From Felis catus (lineage: Eukaryota), in the NCBI RefSeq assembly GCF_018350175.1, contig NC_058368.1, positions 167,712,001-167,776,000 on the forward strand: a stretch of 64,000 nt of DNA, read 5' to 3'. A model generated the notes under the pieces. That model did no database searches. It had not been told where the DNA came from and saw only the letters and a list, made by a program, of their open reading frames with translations. Below, piece after piece: positions 38,763-51,159 of this stretch; within the stretch, counting starts at the first letter, position 1; each line of letters starts with the position of its first letter. The position numbers were made by a program, and so were the translations under genes.

Positions 38763-38958
38763 GTTTTTTAAATGTTTATTTATTTATTTTGAGGGGTGGA
38801 GGGGCAGAGAGAGAGAGAGAGGTAGAGAGAGAATCCCAAGCAGGCTCCATGCTGTCAGCACAAAGCCAGACACAGGGTTCAACCTCATGAACCATGAGAT
38901 CATGACCTGAGCTAAAATCAAGAGTCAGATGCTTAACCAACTGAGCCACCCAGACTCT
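38763..38958 (-). mobile_element. Can-SINE (older)
   Basis: GAATCCCAAGCAGGCTCCATGCTGTCAGC...CAAGAGTCAGATGCTTAACCAACTGAGCCACCCAG. Confidence 0.92.
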
Positions 38959-38984
38959 TGGATAGTGTTGTTTTAATGTCTAAG

Positions 38985-39525
38985 CTTCAGGGTAGAAATT
39001 GGTAACTGGCCATCTGCCTGTATCTGTTATAAAGTGTTTTGTTTTTATTTTGTTTTGTTTTTTGCTTTTTAAAATGGAACTAGCATCCTAAGAATAAGAG
39101 ATACAAATAAAAATCTGAATTCCTAGCTTCACTTTAAAAATTGGAATATCTGGGGGCGCCTGGGTGGCTCAGTTGGTTGAGTGACCGACTTCGGCTCAGG
39201 TCATGATCTCACGGTTTGTGAGTTGAAGCCCCGTGCTGGGCTCTGTTCTGACAGCTCAGAGCCTGGAGCCTGCTTCTGATTCTGTGTCTCCCTCTCTCTC
39301 TGACCTTCCCCCACTCATGCTCTGTCTCTTTGTGTCTCAGAAATAAACATTAAAATTTTTTTTTTTAATTGGAATATCTGGCATTGCATTTTCTCATGAT
39401 AACCATCAGCTAAAACTGAATGGCTATTCCCATTACAGCCACCCACTCCCCCAAGTCCCTACATGGTATATGTTGACATTACTTGCCTGGACCATGTAGG
39501 CATCAGGGGTTGTAAAAATGCCCTG
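38985..39525. mobile_element. MER102-like element interrupted by a SINE
   Basis: AAAAATCTGAATTCCTAGCTTC...AATTGGAATATCTGGCA...CATTACTTGCCTGGACCATGTAGGCAT. Confidence 0.6.
39153..39366 (+). mobile_element. Can-SINE
   Basis: Exact TSD AATTGGAATATCTG at 39139-39152 and 39367-39380. Confidence 0.97.
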
Positions 39526-41257
39526 GTCCAGAAGGAGTTTTGAGGACCAAGAGGGTCATTGATATAGGTCAAGGCCAAAGATGCTACCAGGACATTAGAC
39601 TCTGGGGTGTGGGACACTCAAGGAGACAAAGAAGTTTAAAGCTCATTTGTACATACAAATACCCTTTTTGGATTTTTCTCTAAAAACATTTGTCTTTCTC
39701 CCTGGGTCCCTCTGTCTCCTCTCACACAGTTGGTATGATGAGTCAAGCCAGACTTCTTCCAGCTTGTGACAAAGATTACTCCTCTCCCTTCCTCCCTTGT
39801 AAAGAACCTAGTGGATGTAAGTGGGGCTTCAGGTATCAGAACCCAAGGAGTGGGTGGCAGAGACCACATACTCTAGACTTTAGGAAGAAGACTACTATCT
39901 TGCTGTCGAGTCTACTATTTTCTGCCTTTTATTGACCTGTGACTAGTAATACCTGGATGACCAACACAGGTATGAGGTTCTAAGTAATGACTTGAGCCAT
40001 AGACCTTGGGCTCTCCAGCTCTCCATGGTCAGGGGTTCCATGGAGGCGTCTGGGATCAAATTCCTCTAGTCATGAAACATGTGCATTTGCTTAGAGTTTC
40101 CCTTGTGAACCTGGAGTTTCTATATTCAAATTGTCAATGAGATGGTGACTGGGGGTTCTGGCTATCTCTCTGCATAAGAGATATGTGGCCCTCAAATGAG
40201 AGCACTGAATCAATGAAAAATATCTCAAAGGCTTTATTTCTGCACTTATTAGAAAAAGACAAGGAAAGACTCATTCTGTTCTCTATCTCCTTTTGCTATG
40301 GATTGCAAGGATGGAGCAACAAGGTCTACCTTACCCGTTGTATGATACAATGTCAAGCACACTCCTGCATGACTCTTACCAGAATCATCCATATACTTGA
40401 GAAGGCTTGAAATTCCAACAGTCTTTCATTTAACTATTTAAAATGAGATTTGACATGTAAACCATAGAAGCACTAACCCCCTGGTAGCACTAGGCCCTAT
40501 TAAGTTCTCAGGGTAGCACAGAGAAAGCAGAGATGATAAGACAAAGAATCCAGGTGTGTTTACTGACCACCTTTCACCACAAAATGAGATCAAGCAATAA
40601 TCTTGGCCCAGGCTGGACTCAGGTGAGACATCACAAAAATTTTTTTTGCATCTCCTGGTCTTTTCCAAATTCCCATCCTCCCATCACCATGGCATGGCAT
40701 GGCAACCCACATGTTATAAAGGGAGAAAAGGCGATTTGTGAATCTTAGCTCCCTAACCTTCAGGCCTCTTTAAGTTTTATTCTATGCTTTTGAAGACCAA
40801 TTACCTAATTTGTACATTGCAAGGGAGAAGATTTCTATGGAAGGATGTTGGAAGTAGCATAGAGTTTCTAAATGGTTAGGTAGAAACAGCAAGAGGGCCA
40901 TCATGCTAATGACTGGCCTCTCAAGGTTATTCCATCAACAGAGGAAGATGTCAGGCCCCTAACTGAGAATGGATGGGGCAGAAAACTAAAATGCTTATGA
41001 CTGATCTAAGTTCACTTAAAGTCCTATTTGAGTGTTAGACCTTCATATCACTGAAAATTTTCTCTGCATGCTTAACTTATTATTACTGATAAATAAAAAC
41101 ATCTGGGAGAAGCTATACACATGCTTTAAATTTTCACTATGGTAGAAAAGACTGATTCCATACCACTCCTGAAGAGCACAGCTTTAAGTAGAGGAAGGGC
41201 AATACCAAATCTAAGATCATAGATGAGTACAGTGGAGATAATAAAATCAACTAACTA

Positions 41258-41428
41258 GGGACACCTGGGTGGCTCAGTCAGGTGAGCATCCAACTCTTGA
41301 TTTCATCATGATCCCAGGGTCATGGGACTGTGCTCTGCACTGAGCATGGAGACTGCTTAAGATTCTCTCTCTCTGCCTCTCTCTCACTCACATGCAATTT
41401 CGCTCTCAATAAATAAACTAACTAACTA
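41258..41428 (+). mobile_element. older Can-SINE with deletions, (AACT)n tail
   Basis: CACCTGGGTGGCTCAGTCAGG head; TSD AACTAACTAG. Confidence 0.88.
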
Positions 41429-41498
41429 ACTAACTAGGAGTTCGTAGACAATAGGTACAAAAAACCCTGGAGTCTATCATTTAAACAGTTTGCTTTTA

Positions 41499-41748
41499 AG
41501 GGTGCCTGGGTGGCTCGGCTGGTTAAACAGCCAACTTCGGTTCAGGTCATGATCTCATGGTTTGTGAGTTCTAGCCCTGCATTGGGGTCAGTGCTGGGAG
41601 ACTGCTTCAGATTCTGTGTCTCCCTGTCTCTCTGATCCTCCCCTGCTTTCACTCTGCCTCTCTCTCTCAAAACTGAATAAATGTTAAAAAAATTTTTTTA
41701 ATGTTTTAAAATTTTAAATGTTTAAAAAAACATTAAACATTAAAAAAA
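41499..41748 (+). mobile_element. Can-SINE with rearranged AT tail
   Basis: GGGTGCCTGGGTGGCTC head; degenerate TSD AGTTTGCTTTTA/AGTTGACTTTTA. Confidence 0.93.
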
Positions 41749-41886
41749 AAAGTTGACTTTTAGATGTATGAATTAACCTTGAGTGTGGCATGCATTGGGC
41801 ATGTGATGTTTTAGGTATGGTCGTTGCCCTCACAAAAGAGCTTATATAGAGAGTTTGATAGGGTTTTAAATTCCCACACATGTCCT

Positions 41887-42087
41887 TAACTCTGGAGAAT
41901 AAACTGATGGTTACCAGAGGGGAGGTGCGTGGGGGGATGGGTGAAATAGGTGATGGGGATTAAAGAGTGCACTTGTGATGAGCACTGGGTGATGTATGGA
42001 ATTGTTGAATCACTATATTGTATACCTGAAACTAATAACACTATATGTTAATTATACTGGAACAAAAATAAAAATAAAAATTGTTTT
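41887..42087 (+). mobile_element. short L1 (L1_Carn-type) 3' end
   Basis: AAACTGATGGTTACCAGAGGGGAGG...GATGAGCACTGGGTGATGTATGGAATTGTTGAATCACTATATTGTATACCTGAAACTAAT plus A tail. Confidence 0.92.
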
Positions 42088-42102
42088 TAAAATTCTAGGG
42101 GA

Positions 42103-42310
42103 GGGGTGCCTGGGTAGCTTAGTCGGTTAAGCATCAGACTCTTGGTTTCAGCTCAGGTCGTGACCTCATGGTTCGTGAGTTCAAGCCCTGCAGCATTGGG
42201 CTCTGCACTGCCAGTGCAGAGCCTGCTTGTGATTCTCTCCCCCCCCCCCCGCCCCTCCCTCCCTCCCTCTCTCTGTCTCTCTCTCTCAAAATAAATAAAA
42301 ATAAACTTAA
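42103..42310 (+). mobile_element. Can-SINE
   Basis: Head GGGGTGCCTGGGTAGCTTAGTCGGTTAAGC; TSD AAAATTCTAGGGG. Confidence 0.93.
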
Positions 42311-42319
42311 AAAATTCTA

Positions 42320-42517
42320 GGGGTGCCTGGGTTGCTCCATTGGTTGAGGCTCTGACTCTTGATTTTGACTCAGGTCATGATCCCAAGGTTGTGGGATTGA
42401 GCCCTGCCTCAGGCTCTGCAATGAGTGTGATGAGTGTGGAGTGTGCTCACGATGCTCTCTCTCTCTCTGCCCCTCTCTCCCTCTTGCTCGTGCTCTCCAT
42501 CTCTCAAACACACACAC
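42320..42517 (+). mobile_element. older Can-SINE
   Basis: Head GGGGTGCCTGGGTTGCTC; TSD AAATTCTA. Confidence 0.9.
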
Positions 42518-45053
42518 AAATTCTAATGTATGTCCTGATTTGGGGTGAAATAAGCATTAAATCATCCCTGGTATGAGGCAAGTCCTTTCAATGTGGTTCC
42601 CAGATGCCCCTTAACAAGCTCTAATTTGAGCCAGGTGCTCAGGCATGATCATTTCCCTATACCTAAGTCTGAGCTATGGCCCAAGTGGCATGTCCATTTT
42701 TCTGAGCCCAAAGGGGCAAGAGTCAATGCATTATTGTTAATGGGAACTAGTGACCTTGCAGAGGTCCGGCCCTGAAAGGGTCTGGTGTTATCTCCTTGCT
42801 CTGTGTCACATTTGTTACTGACCACAGCTAAAAGAATTGTGTTTTGTTTTGTTTTGTTGGTTCATTTGCAATCTGAAGAAAGATTTGGACCTCAGGAGGC
42901 AAATGACAAAATGTACTTTGTACCCTTGTAAATGATTTGAGCCCCCTAAATTCTTAGTGTTGTAGTACTGACACGGGGACAAACAGCCCAAAGAATAGAG
43001 ATATTCTGGGTCCTCAGAGAGCCATTCCTGTGGATGTCCTGCTGCTCTCAAACAATAGCAGCCAAACAGAGAAACAGGAAAACAAGATCAGCCATCCCGG
43101 AAATCAAAAAGAGATTGAGTGGGGGATGAGGAGGGGTAAGACAGCAAACATATGGAAGAGTTTTCAGTTATGGAGGAAGGAAGCCAAACACAGGGGCCAT
43201 TATTTCAATTTTCTTCAGTTTTCAACCTTAAGAGATGCCCAGGAAATACTTTGTGCTAATTCTCTTTTCTTAAAAAGCTGAAAAATCTTTCAAAACCAGA
43301 AAGAAGTAAATGTGGCTTACAACTGCTTTGGCTTTTTTTTTTTTTTAATTTCTTTTCCCTGTATTTCAAAATAAACTGCATTTCTTCCACCCAGGAGTTA
43401 ACTAGTTCAAAGCTGTTGCATGAGTGACAATTTCACTAAAATAACCAGAAAATATTTGCTATGCAGAAACTCTCATGAAGTTAAATATTGCCTGGGACCG
43501 TTTTATACAACACAGATTCATTCACTTTTGAATATCCTGGACACATAGTGGATACCTTCTACTAAGAAGGGCACTCTAGGGCTTTTATTAATTTCCATGG
43601 TGCTTCTTGGCCTATTTTCACCTTTTTGTCAGTAATGTTCTCTGTAGAGAAGCAATTTAGCTGAGAAAAAAATAAACAGACCAGAATTTAAAGAACTCTT
43701 TTATCTTCATAAGCCTCACATGACTTCTGACTCATATTTCAATAAACATAGTCTAAAATTTTCATGGGGATAAACATGCTTTTGTAATATTTTTCTAACA
43801 AAAAATATTCATACTTCTTTTCAGAAATTAATTAGTATTCACAGCCATCAATGTTAAAATTGTATGATTTCTATTATGAAGTCATTTTAATCACTCAAGA
43901 TACATAAGCTGTTGAGTGTTTCCTTGGATTGCAAGACAAGCCAATCAAAATAACAGAGAGTAAAAAATAATCTCAGGTAAACAGACCCCATGATCTTTTC
44001 ATACACAAGTGTAAATATGTGAGTGTGTGTGTATGCAAGGTACATTTTAGAACAAATCTTAACTCTCTCAAAATGTCACTTCAAAAACAAAGAAAGATTA
44101 AAGGTGAAAATTTGAAAAAAATTACCTCAGCAATAGCTCCAACTTTAAGCTTAGTGACAGTGTCACCCTTTAATATATACTGTTGCTTGGAAAAGAATTC
44201 TCTTAACAGTCTTCATCCTTATATTCATATATTAAAATTAAGCATATCTATCACTTATACATCTCTCAGGATCACAGAAATCATTGTATAGTTTGCCACA
44301 ATCAAGAAGTGAACTATCATTATCAAAAGTGGTAAGGAGAATTGGGATACTCACGGTCCCTTGGCTATGAAATCCACCGTACTTCCCCAAATCCTTGTGA
44401 TGTCAGAGTAAATCCTACTAGAGGCTCTGTAAAATACCATACCAATCCTTTAACCAGTGTCAATGAGGCAGGTACTGAAGCCATGGGGGCAGGAGTGCGG
44501 GTGGGGAAAGACATCTGCTGGAAAATAATCAGAAGTTCTGCCTCCTATTGCAAAATTGGACAACCTGGCCACAGAGCATGCATTCCTACCAGGAAAAGTG
44601 AGGCAGCATCAGAAGAGCCCTGCCCTCTTTAGACTCGACAGCTCGTGTTCTGTCTGTAAAGCCTCATACCTTGCCTGTCTCACTCACCTGTTTCCTTCCT
44701 CACACCTGTAGGCATTTGAATTGACTCTAACCTTAGAGAATACGTAACCCAATACCCTGCAGCTTGCAACATCCTACCTGGTCTTAGGTGTCCTCATTTC
44801 CTTGAGGCCTTCCCTACTCCTCTGAAGTCCAGGGCTGGTGTCCTCATGCCCACAGGGCCCTGAACATATCTCTGTCATTGTGCTGTACAATGATGGCTTA
44901 ATGTGTTTGCTGCCCAGGGTTAGTATATAGTCCCTACTCTCTGCCGGCCTCGGAGGAACACTAGGATAAGCACATTCCCCAAAGCCATGAAGAGATAGAA
45001 GATGAAATAAGATAAGGGCCATATTCATATTTAATTAAGGAGATCATGAAGTG

Positions 45054-45218
45054 GGGGACTGGGGGCCAAGTAGTTAAGTGCCTGACTCTTGGTTTCGGCC
45101 CAGGTCATGATCTCATGCCCTGCATTGGGCTCTACACTGACAGTGTGGAGCCTGCTTGAGAGTCTCTCTTCCCCCTCTCTCTCTTTCTCGAAATAAATAA
45201 ATAAACTTAAAAAAAAAA
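45054..45218 (+). mobile_element. Can-SINE with deletions
   Basis: GTTAAGTGCCTGACTCTTGGTTTCGGCCCAGGTCATGATCTCA; AATAAA tail; TSD ATGAAGT. Confidence 0.88.
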
Positions 45219-45439
45219 ATGAAGTCCCTTCTGGGAAGACCAACGACCTTGATCTTCCAAATGAAGGGGTTTGGGGGTAACACAAAACTTTCAGTGGTAC
45301 AACTGGGGCTCTTGGTTCTCTCACAGGGAGCCCAGAGGAAAGAGTCCTACATCCTAAGGTAGAGGGGCAGCGGTGCCAGGAAACTGTTGGAAAAGAAGTA
45401 ATGCTGTAACTGGACAGCAGGGGTGCTAACACAGTTGCA

Positions 45440-45585
45440 GGCACCAGCATCCCTGAAAGGCTTCGTGAGACACAGTACTGGGTGCCACCCCAGAGTTTCC
45501 GACTCAGTGGTGTGGGGTGGAAGCTGGAAATTCGCATTTCTAAAGGTGATGCTGCTGGTCTGGATTCACCTTTTGATAGACATGG
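45440..45585. mobile_element. MER5A-like element
   Basis: CCACCCCAGAGTTTCCGACTCAGTGGTGTGGGGTGG...TTCGCATTTCTAA...GGTGATGCTGCTGGTC. Confidence 0.75.
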
Positions 45586-46239
45586 CTTTCCAGTTTGCAA
45601 AACTCTTCTGTAGGGCTCAGCTCGTTTGCTCCTCCTGATGACCTTGTGGGGAGCTCTGCGACTACTGGGAGTGTCCAAGGGTAACTGACGGCCTGAACAG
45701 CTGTACCATCTCAGAATAGGGAAGAAATAAAAATGGCTGTCAGACAAGACACTGCCTTGGAGTCCAGGCCCTGGGGATTTATCTGTACTTCCTTGTCAAG
45801 AACAACCCTGCTGCTCCAGTGTAAGTACACCCTTACCCCCCGGAGAGCTTTTATGTATGGTGAATGCTCTCCTCAAGTCCCAGCATTCATGAAGTCAGTC
45901 TCTTATCCCTAGACGGGACCATGAAAGTCCTGCCTTTTCCCACCATGTGCTGTGCATTGCTTACTTCATGATCCAGAGCAAATGCTTTCTACTTCCCAGG
46001 AGTGCTCTTCTAGTAGCTGCCCTGTTCTGGTGTTCACAGTGGTTCCTGGCTATAGGAGAGGAGCTATTTATTTGTAATTAACAATTTCCCAACAGCACCC
46101 CTAAGTCTTTATCTGACAGTTTGTGGACGAAGCCAGAGGTTGCTTACATTAGCTTTTATGCATAACTATTGAGGATGCCAGTTGGACATAGGTGACCAAC
46201 TTTTACAAAAGAGATTAGAGGCAGAAAGCTTATTTGTAT

Positions 46240-46390
46240 GTATTCCTTATAGTTTACAAAGTACTTGCATGGGTCATGTCTAGTTAATCCTTATAAAATT
46301 GCTCTGTGTATATTCCACATTTTATAGATGAAGAGGATAAAATGACATATCCTGAGGTTGTCAGCTAAGAAGCAATGGAGTTGACACACC
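46240..46390 (-). mobile_element. MIR fragment
   Basis: TTAATCCTTAT...CCACATTTTATAGATGAAG. Confidence 0.55.
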
Positions 46391-46818
46391 TCTCTCCTAC
46401 CCATTGTCTACCTCTGCCCATCATAAAGGCAGAAAGTCCAAGCAGCCTCATTCTTCCCCATGTATATCACGAGACATATATTCTTTCAGATGAATGTCTC
46501 GCCTGTGGTATATTCAGATACTAGCCAGACCTTCACACTCCTTATCTCCATAGTGAAGCCCTCCCTCTGTCCTGTAGTTCTTTTACTGCTTTGTACCTTT
46601 TACTGCTATGTATTTCACATATACCTGCCTATTTTGTCCACTCAGGAGAAGGTAAGACCTAGCAGAGAGAGTCCTGTATTCCTTCCATTCTCCCTATGGC
46701 CCTACCACAATGCTGCATGCATAGCAGGAGCTCTGTGAGCACATGCTGAATGTTCGCTGACTAGGGCATAAGAACCTGGCCTTTGTGCAGTTCTATAAAC
46801 ACCAGACAGGGTGAGATG

Positions 46819-47552
46819 CGTTTTAGTTTTCTATTGCTGTTGTAACAAATGACCACAAATATAGTGGCTTAAAGCAACACAAATTTATTTTCTTACAGTT
46901 CTGGAGGTCAGAAATTTGGAATGGATTTCATGGGGCTGAACCCAAGGTGTTGGCAGGATCGCATTCCTTCCGGAGGTTCTAGGAAGAATACCTTTCCTTG
47001 ATTTTTGCAGCCTCTTGAGACTGCCTTCCTTCCTTGCTTCCTGGCCTCTTTCTTCCATCTCCAGCAACAGGGGGTTTGAGTCCACACATTGTGTCACCCT
47101 GGCCTTCTCTTATGCTGCCCCCTTCCATTGTGACCCTTGTGATTACATCGGGCCCACCTGGATAATCCATGCTAAATCAGCTGATTAACAATCTTTTTTT
47201 AATTATTTTTTTGTGTGTATTTATTTTTGAGAGAGAGACAGAGTGTGAGCAGCAAGGGGGGATGGGGGGTGGGGGGCACAGAGAGAGAGGGAGACACAGA
47301 ATCTGAAGCAGGCTCCAGGCTCTGAGATGTCAGCACAGAGCCTGACGCAGGGCTCAAACTTACGGAACACGAGATCATGACCTGAACCGAAGTTGGACAC
47401 ATAATCAACTGAGCCACCCAGGCGCCCCAACAATCTTAATTCCATACTCAACTTAATTCCCCTTTGCCAAGTAACACAACAAATTCCCAGGTTTCATGGA
47501 TTAGGGTGTAGACTTCTTGGGAGGGGAAGGGGAGCTTATTCTGCCTGGCACA
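46819..47552 (-). mobile_element. MLT1D-like MaLR LTR interrupted by a SINE
   Basis: TTAGTTTTCTATTGCTGTTGTAACAAATGACCACAAA...CTTACAGTTCTGGAGGTCAGAA...GATTACATCGGGCCCACCTGGATAATCCA...TTATTCTGCCTGGCACA. Confidence 0.9.
47196..47428 (-). mobile_element. Can-SINE nested in MLT1D
   Basis: TSD AACAATCTT at 47187-47195 and 47429-47437. Confidence 0.95.
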
Positions 47553-48685
47553 CTGAGGGAGCCAGAGAGTAAAAGATGTCCAGAAATTGATAAAATTCAC
47601 ACAGACATAACTCACTGAAAGCACCTGCTACCACTGCCTACTGTCTGAGCATCACTTGTAAGGCATCTGCCTCTGTGCTATGGGCCTTATGTATATTTTG
47701 TGCATACATTTAATCCTCACATCTATCGAGTGATATTGGTATTAGCCCCACTTTTAGATTAGGAAACAGAGTCAAAGAGAAATTATGAAACTCGCTTGTG
47801 ATCCATAGAAGCGTTCAGTAATGAGCCTCTTCATACCACTCCACACCTAGGCCCCCGGGGTCCTCCTCAGCTCCACACTGTGGGCCACACACAGCTCTGC
47901 ATTTTCATAGTCCCCGTTTCCATAACTCACAGCCTAGATCCCGCTTAACTATACAGAAGGTAGAGTAAAAGGAGACCTGGCAAAACCCTCCAGCAGGTAA
48001 CTCTTAAGGGATTTGTTTTCCCTCTTATTCTTGTTGTTCAAGGAGACAGATGATAATTAAAATGTCAGAGCCCTTCATGCTTCCCTGATCAAGATAACTA
48101 CTTTACCACAGGTGATAGAAAGAAAAGGAGGAAAATGTCTGCTGTGGAGGAACATGGGTGATGATTCTGAGAAGGGGGCAAAGCTGGGGAAACTGATTCC
48201 CCTGGACTCAGGGGAGAGCCAACAGCAGCTCCAGCTGAACCAGAGTGAGTGCTCCCCTATAGGGTCTCCAGAGGCCTTCCCTTTCCAGCCCTCCTCCCAA
48301 ATTCTCATTCTGACCAGCTTGAAGAAAGCCAATTCCCAGCAGATACATCCCACGGCTTGCTAATTCTATCCAGTCTCTCCAATTCAGTTAATTCCCAGTT
48401 TCAGTAACAGAAGCAGCAGCTGTCAAGATCAGCAGCTGTGTTCTTTGTCTCTAGCTCTACCTCTCTGCCTTCTCTCTCCAAGTTAACTGAGTGGATCACA
48501 TACAAACTTCTGGGGGGGGAAAGGGAACACAGGTTCTGGGTAACATGAGAGAAGAAAGGAGAAATGAACTTGCAGGAGCTTCAAAGCGTCAGGTCGGCGG
48601 GAGACAATAGAGAGAATTCTTCTGCAACCTCCAAGTCCCAGTTTAACATAAAACAATCTCCTCAGTGCTCACACGCTCTCTAGAA

Positions 48686-48945
48686 CATCCAGTTCTCAAA
48701 CTTACTGTGACAAGGAAGCAGCTTTGTACCTTCCAGTGTATTGCAGACCGGTGCACGGTTCTACTGCGCGTGACCCGTGAGCAAGCTCACACCACACGTG
48801 ACTCATGTTGCACAGCAACAATACCTGGACTGGCCTAGCCCATGGTCAAGAGACCATATGCATGGGTGTCAGGCCAATGTCAAGTTGCTATAAAAATTCC
48901 TACACATTCTAAGTTTCTGTATTTATCTCATTGACAAGCCACAAT
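48686..48945. mobile_element. Charlie18a-like hAT element
   Basis: GTTCTCAAACTT...CACGGTTCTACTGCGCGTGAC...GCTCACACCACACGTGACTCA...CAATGTCAAGTTGCTATAAAA...TTTCTGTATTTATCTC. Confidence 0.7.
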
Positions 48946-48954
48946 ATCCTATAC

Positions 48955-50050
48955 GCTTCATTGAGGAAGTATGATCTGTACAAAGATTTAAAGCATGTTA
49001 GCTGGCAAATTTCTGGAGGTAGCTTTAGGCAGAGGAAACAGCCAGAACAAAGGTGGGAGACAAGATGGCTAGAGTTCAAGGAGTGAGGGGAGAATTTAAA
49101 ACGATGAGTTTCTGGGGGAACCTGAATGGCTCTGTTGGCTAAGCGTCCCACTCTTGATTTAGGCTCAGATCATGATCTCATGGTTGTGGGGTCTAGCCCT
49201 GTATTGGACTCTGTGCTGACAGTGTGGAGCCTGCTTGTGATTCTTTCTCTCCTTGTCTCTCTGCCCCTCCTCCCCCACTCTCAAAATAAATTAAAAAAAT
49301 AAATAAATAAATAAATAAAAGCTGAGGTTCTGCAAGTGAGGGAGGTAGGAGGTCATGTTGGGTTTTGTAGGTTGTTGAAGGATTTTGAATTTATTTATCT
49401 TTTTACTCTGAGCTAAATGGTGTGAATTTTAGGATTTTGAGCAAAGGAGTGGCATGATATAGCTTCAGTGTCAGGGGGCAAGGCTGAAGGCAGTGAGCCC
49501 AGTCAGCTGTTGCAATAATTCAAGCAAGCGATACGGAAGGCTCAGACCTGGGTGTCAATGTTGGAGGACTGACAGGAAGTACCAAATTAAATATATTTTG
49601 AAGACAGAGGGTGGATAGGTTACTAGAGAAAGACAGGAGCCAAGGATGGTGCCATTGTTTTTGGCCTGAGCAACAGGAAGGGTGGAGTTGCCATCACGGA
49701 GTTGGGGAGGGTGTACCTGAAGTCAATTTGGTGGGAAAGAATCAGGAGTGTGATTTTCAACATGTTAAGATTGAAATATCCAATAGACCTCCAAGCTGAG
49801 ATGAGAGATGTTGAATGGCAGTTGAGTAGACAAGTCTGGAGTGTGAGGGTGTGTATGGGGAGGAAATATAAGTGAGGGAGTTACCAGTATTTCAAGCCTC
49901 AGTGGGGTCACCAAGGGAGTAAATTTAGAGAAGAAAATACTCCAAAATTAAGAAATGAGGAAGAAGAGGAGGAACGGGTGAACGAGGGGTAGGATGGAAA
50001 CCGAAAGTGTGGAGACCTGAAAGCCAGTGGAGGAGAGTGTCTGAAGTAAG
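48955..50050 (-). mobile_element. L2 fragment interrupted by a SINE
   Basis: TTTTACTCTGAG...TTTTGAGCAAAGGAGTGGCATGAT; TTTTGGCCTGAGCAACAGGAAGGGTGGAGTTGCCAT; ACATGTTAAGATTGA. Confidence 0.85.
49115..49316 (+). mobile_element. Can-SINE (older)
   Basis: SINEC body, (AAAT)n tail; degenerate TSD GATGAGTTTCTG/GCTGAGGTTCTG. Confidence 0.9.
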
Positions 50051-50062
50051 AATTCAGGCAAA

Positions 50063-50295
50063 TGTCTGAGCTGCACTTTCCACATCTGCCAAATGGGGAT
50101 AGTAATGTCTCAAACAAAGTCACTGTGAGGATTATGAGTTAATCCATTTGATAAATATGTATAAAGTGTAGTTGCTGTTCTAGGTACTTTCATTTGAGTA
50201 ACACACAGTTCCCTACCTCCAACGGGAGGTTACATATGTATGAAACACCTGGCGCCATGCCTGACCCCAGAAGGTGCTCAATAGATAATGTTACT
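50063..50295 (+). mobile_element. MIR fragments
   Basis: CACATCTGCCAAATGGGGATAGTAAT...TGTGAGGATTATGAGTTAAT; GCCTGACCCAGAAGGTGCTCAATA. Confidence 0.65.
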
Positions 50296-51159
50296 TCTCT
50301 GCTCAGAATAGTAATTGCCTGTGTGTGGCCTATGTGGATTCACACTCTCCTCTGCTTCTTGAGACCAATTAAAATTACTTAGCACTAATTAGTTGGTATG
50401 GATAAGCAAGGGAATCTTTCCTTTCTTTACCACTGCAACCCTTTCACTCTAAAGCTCTAATACTCCATCGAATATGTGGGTTCCTTTTGTGATTAGGGAA
50501 CGAGAAGAATCCACTTTGGGAATTACTAACTAGTCTTTACCTAGGCTGATCCAAGGGCCTGTGGTCCCCTGAAGGAGGCCAGAAGCCCAATCACACCATG
50601 TACACAACTCAGCCCGATTCCCCTCCTCCCAAGCCTAGAAGGAGGTGGAATAAAGCAAAGAGAGTTTCCAAAAAGGGAAAGGAATCAAGGATGGGTAGCC
50701 TCAAATAAGTGGCCTGGAAGGCCCTTCTTTACCCAAGGCCCATGGAGAGGCTTGGAGTGTCCATTGTGTACGTTTCCAGAATGTGCATGTGGGTTTATGT
50801 GTGTAAGACTCCTTTATTTCCCTGTAAGCCAAGCAGCCAGCTCCTTCAGTTGTCCCCTTTTGAGTATCCAAGCAGCCTACAGCCTGGAACAGCACCTTCC
50901 CCTCCTTTCCCTGCCCTCTCTCAAGCCCTCCTGTCGAAAGGATGCATCTGATACTGGGACCCGTGGGCCAGGTAACCAAGGCAGCCAAAAGCCCCCAGAG
51001 CCTAGGCAGGCCTACCTGAGAAAGCAGTCAAGGTGGGGCAGTTCCCCCCTGGCTATGTTCTTTCTCCCTTAATGTTGTCCTGCCCATCCGGGCTGCTGCT
51101 GAGGGCAGTCCTGTGGGGCCTGCTGTTTCCTGTATGGCTATGGGTGACATTGCTCCAGT

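Noticed and set aside
45031..45747. Longest ORF in the window (238 aa, - strand)
   Set aside because: Runs through a MER5A-like element and an antisense SINE, has a non-ATG start and no recognisable domain; a chance ORF.
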